Source: Felis catus
Lineage: Eukaryota
DNA: 64,000 nt
Direction of reading: 5' to 3'
Assembly: GCF_018350175.1 (NCBI RefSeq)
Contig: NC_058377.1
Coordinates: 16,492,001-16,556,000, forward strand
A program made the position numbers and the translations under genes. Each line of letters starts with the position of its first letter. Position 1 is the stretch's first letter. The notes under the pieces are model-generated. The model saw only the letters and a program-made list of their open reading frames with translations. It ran no database searches and was not told the origin of the DNA. Positions 56,601 through 64,000 of the stretch are shown one piece after another.

Positions 56601-59600
56601 GCTTGCTCTCCAGGCTCATCCTTGCTCCCCTCAGCAGGGCTCTCCTCTTCCTCCTGGGAAACACGAGGTCCCCAGCAGAGCCTATGGATGAATCGCTCAG
56701 CCGGCAACGCCAAATCCCCCAGGCTCTGCTGCGAAGGGGCCTGCTGCTCCCAGCACAGCCTGGGGACAGGCAGATGACCATACGGTAACAGGCTGTGCAG
56801 ACTACGGCAGGCAGTCTGGTCGGAGAAGCAGTGCTTCGAGATGAAGGGAATGTGCCCTGGAGCCCGAGCACAGGGACAGCTCAGGGTCCAGAGGAGGGTA
56901 TGGTTCACTCGGCAAGGGCCCGGGGAAAGCGGGGAGGGGGGGGTCTAGTCAGTCCTAGGCAGCTGGAACGCCTGCCCCAATCCCTCCCTGCCTCTGTTGC
57001 TACTACCCGGCCCCATTCACCATCCTCCGAGCTCCCCTGGCTCCGTGCTGGCCTTACCTGGACAGTGTCTGTACCATTCTCTTTAGTGTCTGGTGTGGTA
57101 CCACCTCCAAACAGGCTGGAGATGGTGTTGCCAAGTTCTAGGAGGAAGAAAACCCAAAGACTCAAAGGGGCCACAGCAGTGACACCACCTCCTTGCCCAA
57201 GGGCAAGGCCCGCCCGCCTCCCCCAAAGGCACACAAGCGCATCCTCTCTCACACATACACGCGCACACGCACACACACACACACGCACACACACACACAC
57301 ACTCATCTTACTGGTCAAGGTAGATTCCTCCTCTGGGCTGTCCTCCACCAATGTCTCAAACACAGACTCCACCTAGAAACAGGGATTCGAGGTGACGAGA
57401 CGCACACGCTAACCCACCTCGTCCCCACAAACGTCCTGCCACGGTGGGTGTCTACTCACACACATCCACGTGACCCGTGGCGGTGCTGGCCTATTCCCTC
57501 ACCCGCCTTCTTCTAAGGGATCTTGAATCAAGTCATCACTACCCCTCTGGATTATGAGCCCTCCTGAGGACTGGGTCATAGCTCCTTTCCCTCACGGCCT
57601 TGCACTTCTCCACTTGACAACAGAATGGGCCGTGATTTCCCACGGTACCTTCTAAAAGATGTTAACCCCCAGAACTACTTTTTTTTTTTTTAATTTTTTT
57701 TTCAACGTTTTTATTTATTTTTGGGACAGAGAGAGACAGAGCATGAACGGGGGAGGGGCAGAGAGAGAGGGAGACACAGAATCGGAAACAGGCTCTAGGC
57801 TCCAAGCCATCAGCCCAGAGCCTGACGCGGGGCTCGAACTCACGGACCGCGAGATCGTGACCTGGCTGAAGTCAGACGCTTAACCGACTGCGCCACCCAG
57901 GCGCCCCTACTTTTTTTTTTTTTTTTTTTAGGTAGGCTTCATGTCTAGCGTGGAGCCCAGCACAGGGCCTGAACCCACAACCGCGAGATCAAGACATGAG
58001 CTGAAACCAAGAGTTGGACTCTTAACTGACTGAGAAACCCTGGCCCCCCCCCCCCCCCAACCGCCCAGCCCCGAACCATTCTTTGAGAACGGATTACTTG
58101 GCCATTCTACAGATCCTGAAATTTACAACATCTGTCACTTTTTATAGGCCCTGACCCACCAGGTCCCTGGTTAGCTGTGTTAAGAGCCAGGACTTATCCA
58201 CCTCCATAAACCTTTCTCGCTTATCATGTTCTAACACCAGGTGGAACTGCTCTGCAAAGGCTGATGGGGCCCGGACCCTTGCCCTGTACCCACGGTCTCA
58301 TTCTACTCTCACCCTGATGAGGCTGAGCACGCCACTCTCATCCAGGTTGAAGTGAGCCTTGATGCCCTTAGACTCGTAGTCGGGATACTTCTTGAAGCTC
58401 TCACCCACACCTTTCAGCTTCACTGTGGTCAAATTCTGGGAGCCAAATACCCTGGTTGGGGAGGAGAGAGCAAGTCCAGGGAACTCAGCCAGCCAGCCTC
58501 CAGCCTTTGACTACAAGGCCTCCCAGCACGAAATGTTGGGCCCTCCAGAGAAAATGCTCACCCCAATCCTGACCACACAGCCCGCTTCCCCCTGTCAGCC
58601 CTGTGGCCCCAGATCCCCCCTTCTGGAGCCCCCACCTCACCCCACCCTCTCACCGAAGATCCTCGGGCCCCAGGAAGCCCAGGTCACCATAGTTGATGTG
58701 GAAGTTAAAGTCATGGTTGTAGCGGTTAAAGGTGATGACTTTGCGTTGAGGGTAGGGCCCCATTCGGGAGAAGAGAACACGCTTATTGTGCTTCAGGCTG
58801 CGAACCCCAGGCTCCTCCTCCACCTCCCTTGTGAACTCCACCTACACAGCAGGCAGAGAGGAAGCACACTGGAGAGCCAGAGCAGATTCTGGGGTAAGGG
58901 TACGTGGAGACCGTCAACTGGCAGAAAACAAGGGTACAGGCTACGGCAGACGAGAGAAACCACCCTCGGTGAGGTGATCAGACAGGCCTACTCACCAGGA
59001 TGGGGTAGATCACCGCATCTCGCACTACAAACGGCTTCACCTTGAAGGCTTTACTGAGCGCGGCTGCCTGGTACACAGCCCCCATAGCAGCTGCTTCGTC
59101 TGCGTTGATGTTCTTCCCCAGTTCCTCCCTGCAAAAGTCCTGCGCTTCAGCACGTCTACTCTGGAGCACCCAGCCTGGTCGCCCTCTCCGCAGCCCTGGC
59201 CCCAATGCCTCAGCACCCACACTCACTTGCCCACAGCCTTCAACAGCACCTCCTGAACTTTGGGGACCCGAGTGGCCCCACCAACCAGGATCACTTGCTC
59301 AACCTCATCCTACAGACAGAGAATGGGAAATGGAACGGCACATCATCAGCCCTCCTCGGCACCGACACATCCGGTGACATTCCCGTCCCCTCCCCCCTGC
59401 CACCTAACCACTTTCTATCCCACATGCCCCCCACCCCACGCCCACATCTCACTACCCCCTCACCAAATTCATTTCGGCACTCTGGAGGGCCTGCTGCACA
59501 GGCCCGGGCACCCGCTCAAATAAATCTGCACACAACTCTTCAAACTCCGCACGGGTCACTTTCGCCTTGAAGTCCACATCATCCATCAGGCCCTCGATCT

Positions 59601-62600
59601 AGGAGGAGGATGGGGCAAGTCAGAGCGCCCACCCAGGTCCTCCTCTTTGGGGGAGCAGGTCAGAAATCGAGGGAATTGGACTTTGGGAGAATGGTAGGAG
59701 GCCTGGGAAGAGGGATGGGCCACACCGCACACCAGGGGCCTAGCTCAGGATGGAGAATATTTGCCCTCGACCAGCCATGAGTGGGCACCTGTGCCATGTG
59801 ATCAGCGTTGGCACTCAGGACGGTTTTGAGTCGATTCGCCTCCCGTAGCAGCTTGGCCATGGCACGGGGGTTCTCCCGCACATCCTTAGCTCCCTGGCCC
59901 TTCCGCTGTTTGTTGAAAAGCCTTGCCAGGTGCTCACGCAGCCGGAGTTCCATCTCCAAGCCCCCCAGGGTGCGGTCAAATCTATCCAGGGAAAAGAGAC
60001 AGAAAAAGCGTGAGGAACACACAGTGTCCCTTCATCGACCTAGGAACCTCACCTTCCTCCCACGTGGCTGACACCTCAGTGGCAGTTCACGTGTGTATCC
60101 AATCCACCGTACTTACTGGGCATTGACTATCTGTTTGTCTCTGGAGATGCAATTAACAGCAAAGAGACAGGGAACCTGCTGTCAAGGAGCTTACAGTCTA
60201 GCATCGAACAATTACATGAAAACAATGCCAACCACCCCGAGTTATAAGGGAGACATACAACAGCGTTAGAAGACGTAGAAGGGAAATGCCCCCTATTTAC
60301 AGACGCCATAGAAAGTTCTGTGGAGATGTGATGCCTGAGCTGAAACCTGCAGGATTGAGTGGAGTTAATGGGTTGAAGAGAAAACAACCCTAGATGGAGG
60401 GACCAGTGTGCATCAAGACCCTGAGGTGAGAAACAGCCCAATGAATAAGTTCCAAAGGACAGGCATGGTAGAACTCAAAAAACAAAGGCTCTGGGTAGAG
60501 ACAAAAGGCAGGAGTCAGAGCTCTCACAGGCCACAATAAAGGTCTGGGACCGCTAAGGTTTTTTTTTCCTCTGAGAGAGAAAGCTGGCGAGAATGCGGGC
60601 ACGTGCGAGAGCAGGGGAGAGGGGCAGAGAGAGAATCTTAAGCAGGCCCCAGAGCCAAAATCAAGAGTCCGACATTCAACCAACTAAGCCATCCAGGCAC
60701 CCTGCCACTGAAGGCTTTTAAAGAAATAGACTATAATCAGGTTGGCATTTTGAAAACAACCTTCTGGCTACAACGTGGAGAAAGAACTGAAGGGGGACCA
60801 CAGTGAAGACAGGGAGACCTTCAATCGTAACCCTGCAGGTCAGAGATGATGGAAGCTGGGACTAGAGTGGTGGAGGAAGAGCCGCACAGAAAAGAACGGC
60901 TCAGAAAACCAGACCACGTCACCAGTAAGTACGCTGAAAGTGACAAGAACAAGCAAATGACCGCATCTGACACTGCGCATGGTCGGTAGCCCCACGGATT
61001 TCCTAAGTAATAGCTCTCGGTAAGTTCCCTGCCTTCCCAGTTTGGGGAAGCAGGAGGGAAACCCCCATGTGGCCCTTTACAGAGCCCGTTTTCCAGAGCA
61101 TGAGCTAGGCTTCGACCCACAGGCTGTCTTCCCAAACTGTCCCCTTCTCTCTCCATCTTCCCCCGGTTCTTCCAAGAGGTACCCTACAGTGACCGATGCT
61201 TCAGGAGAACATTCATGCAGGGAGCAGGAAAAGGAGGCAGCTGCCCCTCCAAGAAGAAACCCCCGACCCGAGGGTGTCTCAGCAAGTACCCACTTACCCC
61301 ACTCCCCGGATCTGCAGTTGTGGCTGCATCCCCGCCTCCTTCGTCTTCACCGTCTGGTAGGTGACAATGGTGCACACGGTGCTGCCAGAGCCCATGTCAT
61401 AGAACATGACGTTCTGTGGAGACACCAAGACAAGTGTCACGGAAACCTTCTCTAACTCCAAGGTGCTGTATCGACTCTCCACTGAAAGCCGAAAAGCCCC
61501 AACGCTGGCCGAGAGGGGCCTGGCGTTGCATTTTGTCAAGGGCTAGTCGTGCAAACGAGATGCAAAACAGAGTCAAGTGGTCTCCGTCGTCACAGCCAGC
61601 CAGCCTCCAAGTCCGGTGAGAAGTTCCTCCCCAGCTCACCTGGGCAGTGGTGTTGATATCTTTCCGGCGGAAGACGCCGTAGCTGAGGGCGGTGGCGGTG
61701 TTGTCATTGATGAGCTGTAGCACTTTGAGGCCAGCCATGCGAGCCGCCTGCAGCACAGCTCGGCGCTCAGCCTGATTGAAGAAGGCTGGCACGGTGATCA
61801 CTGCATCCTTGATGGGCTGCTCTACAGAGGGGAACAGACCAAGGTTCCCACCAGCTCCATACTCAGACGACCCTTTCCGAGTCTTGCTACTAGTGACCTT
61901 CTGGGCCAAGTAACTCTTTGCTGTGTGGGGCTATTCTGTGCATTGTAGGATCTCGGGCAGCATCCCTGGCTTCTGCTCATTAGATGCCAATAGCAGCTCC
62001 CCAGTTGTGACAACCAAAGATGTCTTCAAATATGGCTGGCTGTTCCCTGGGAGGCAAAACTGTCCCACTGAGACCCTAGGGAACCTGGCCACCGCTGGCC
62101 CCACCTTAGCCACTCACCTGCAAAATCTTCAGCCAGGGAACGTGAGTAATTGAGAACCATGCCGAGTACCTCCTCAGGTGAGAACTGTAGCTGCCTGTGG
62201 GAAGGGGATGAATTAAAGGCAAGGACAACGAGCAGGGGAGCCCATCAGGCCCACTGAGCCCACTGTCCCCAGCACAACACTCACGGACTGATCTGGAAGT
62301 GCACAGTCTGCCTCTGTGGGTCGAAGCCTAGCTCATGCTCTGGAAAACGGGCTCTGTAAAGGGCCACATGGGGATTTCCCTCCTGCTTCCCCAAGAGGTG
62401 CTGGAAGTAACGCAGTGTCGCCTTTGGATTCTTGATGGCCTGAGAACAGATAAATAAGGAATATGGCGTGAGGTTCCCAAGTCCACCATCACCTACCTCT
62501 CACATCAGAGGCTGGTAAGAGAACAGGCTCTGGGGTCTGACATCTCTTTTCTGCCCGTCGCTTATGGGAAGGGGGTGGGCTGTTAGCTCACCATGCTTGC

Positions 62601-63248
62601 TGCACTGTCTCCAAAGAATCTTTCATTTTCTTTCAGGGTCACAGTCACTGGGGTTTTCCTTCGGGATTCCCTGAAAAAAAAGAGACACAGGGCTCAGGTG
62701 CCTATAGCAGGATGCGGATTCAGGAGCCTCAGCACCCCAAATACAATCACTTAGACACCAGCCTGTTGTGGGCCCTAGCAAGAACACACACGGGCTTGGA
62801 GCACAGGCTTCCCTCTTCCCCCACCCCTGACACTGGGGCCGCCCTCACTTGTTCAAGACAATTTCCATGGGCACTCCGGGTTTGACGATGGCCACCTTCA
62901 TGGACTCGCTGCCCAGGTCCACAGACATCACTGCCAGCGTGTCTGAAAAGGAAAGAGATTTGTTGATTACCCCCTGTTCCCCAACACTCCTGAGTCCCCT
63001 CTAACCAAAGCACTTCACCCTCCAAAGAGAAGGACAGATAGCAAAGATAAAACCCTAGGTTCAGCAACTCAAGAGTCCAACTTCCAACTAAAAGCCTCCT
63101 CTCCCACCATAGTTCATTCATCAATTCTTCTTTTGAGCCCACTACTGGGGTACATACCACTCAGTGCCAACAGATCTGCCAAGAGCACAGCCATCAAGGC
63201 CCAACAGGCTAGCCTCCTCGGCCTCTGCCTCCTGACGGTGGCTGCCAT
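53671..63248 (-). CDS. HYOU1: Hypoxia up-regulated protein 1 (ORP150/GRP170), ER Hsp70-family nucleotide exchange factor, 998 aa
   Basis: 25 coding exons: 63248-63158, 62942-62849, 62670-62592, 62439-62285, 62194-62118, 61821-61640, 61413-61298, 59981-59789, 59598-59464, 59309-59227, 59128-58996, 58841-58654, 58451-58313, 57372-57312, 57137-57058, 56653-56468, 56376-56204, 56071-55984, 55869-55747, 55562-55429, 55296-55212, 54572-54332, 54237-54190, 53909-53859, 53732-53671. Signal peptide, Hsp70 motifs ([26 protein letters not shown]) and C-terminal NDEL. Confidence 0.96.
57678..58045 (-). mobile_element. Two tandem CAN-SINEs in a HYOU1 intron
   Basis: A young element at 57678-57907 followed by an older, shorter one. 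Confidence 0.85.
61042..61122 (+). repeat. 81-bp inverted duplicate of HYOU1 exon 5 (partner 62314-62394)
   Basis: 80 of 81 nt match the reverse complement of 62314-62394. Confidence 0.92.
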
Positions 63249-63559
63249 TGTGCCTCTGAGGGAGGAGAAAAACAACACTTGTAACCGGATGCCCTGAGTG
63301 AAGAAGGCAGAAACTCATCCCAGAACAGGGAAGCGTTAAGATTCATACTCCACCGTCACTAGGTAGGGCAAAGGGGCCTACATCCCCCTCCCCGCCCTCC
63401 TGATAAGGACCCAGCACTCTAATCACACAAAGGGTCCTGGGCTCCATCCACCACATCCCTAAACAGGGAAGGTACCGGGACAGGAGAAAGGAGACCAGAG
63501 CTTTCCGTCCACGGCATAGGCTGTAACTGGCTCACCCTAGCACTGCCCCTGCTGTTAGA

Positions 63560-64000
63560 CACCTGGGGTGCGGCCAGGGATCCCCGCCCAGGGCTCAACT
63601 GCCTCCCTACACCTGGAGCTCCCCCGCTGGCGGGGAAAGCCAGGCCGGGCCTGGACGGGAACCGAGAAGTGGTGACGTTGGAGGCTGGGATGTTAGAATG
63701 GCCTGTCTCCTCCTCGGTATCCTTTCGGGTTGTCCCGCCCGCCGCCCGTTCTCCATCCCAACCCCCCGCCCCGCTGCCTACACAGACGCCGTGCCTGCAA
63801 CGGTGAGATTCCTCGCCGGGCAGGTACCGAGTCCCCCGAGTTCACCTAAGCGTCACCTGGCGAAGGCGGCGGCTCCCACCCCCGGAAACGCGGCCCGGCC
63901 CTCCCCTAAAGCGTGGGGGCGCCCCGGGACCGAGCTGCGGGGTCAAGCGCACCGGCGTCCGTGCGGCCCTTGCTCCCGCTACCGACCCGCCCCCGGAGCT
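63560..64000 (-). promoter_or_regulatory. CpG island at the HYOU1 5' end (continues past the window)
   Basis: CpG-rich sequence upstream of the first coding exon. Confidence 0.7.

Overview
Mammalian genomic DNA, almost certainly from a felid (dense cat-type CAN-SINEs and carnivore L1s), syntenic with human 11q23.3. Six protein-coding genes can be reconstructed exon by exon: FOXR1 (+), CENATAC/CCDC84 (+), RPS25 (-), TRAPPC4 (+), SLC37A4/G6PT (-, part of one exon in an N-gap) and HYOU1/ORP150 (-, complete CDS). The TE-rich SLC37A4-HYOU1 spacer holds two processed pseudogenes, C11orf58/SMAP and FTL. Top observations: (1) an 81-bp near-perfect antisense copy of HYOU1 exon 5 sits inside HYOU1 intron 8, predicting a long exon:intron RNA duplex; (2) a GUG in optimal Kozak context lies 25 codons upstream of the FOXR1 AUG and encodes a peptide homologous to the FOXR2 N-terminus, a candidate non-AUG start; (3) back-to-back poly(A) signals make the CENATAC and RPS25 3' ends overlap; (4) one target site in FOXR1 intron 1 was hit repeatedly by retro-insertions; (5) the FTL pseudogene is GC/CpG-enriched; (6) SLC37A4 has a promoter-dependent uORF whose AUG lies in an HNF1-like site. 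Protein and repeat identities come from recalled sequences, not database searches.
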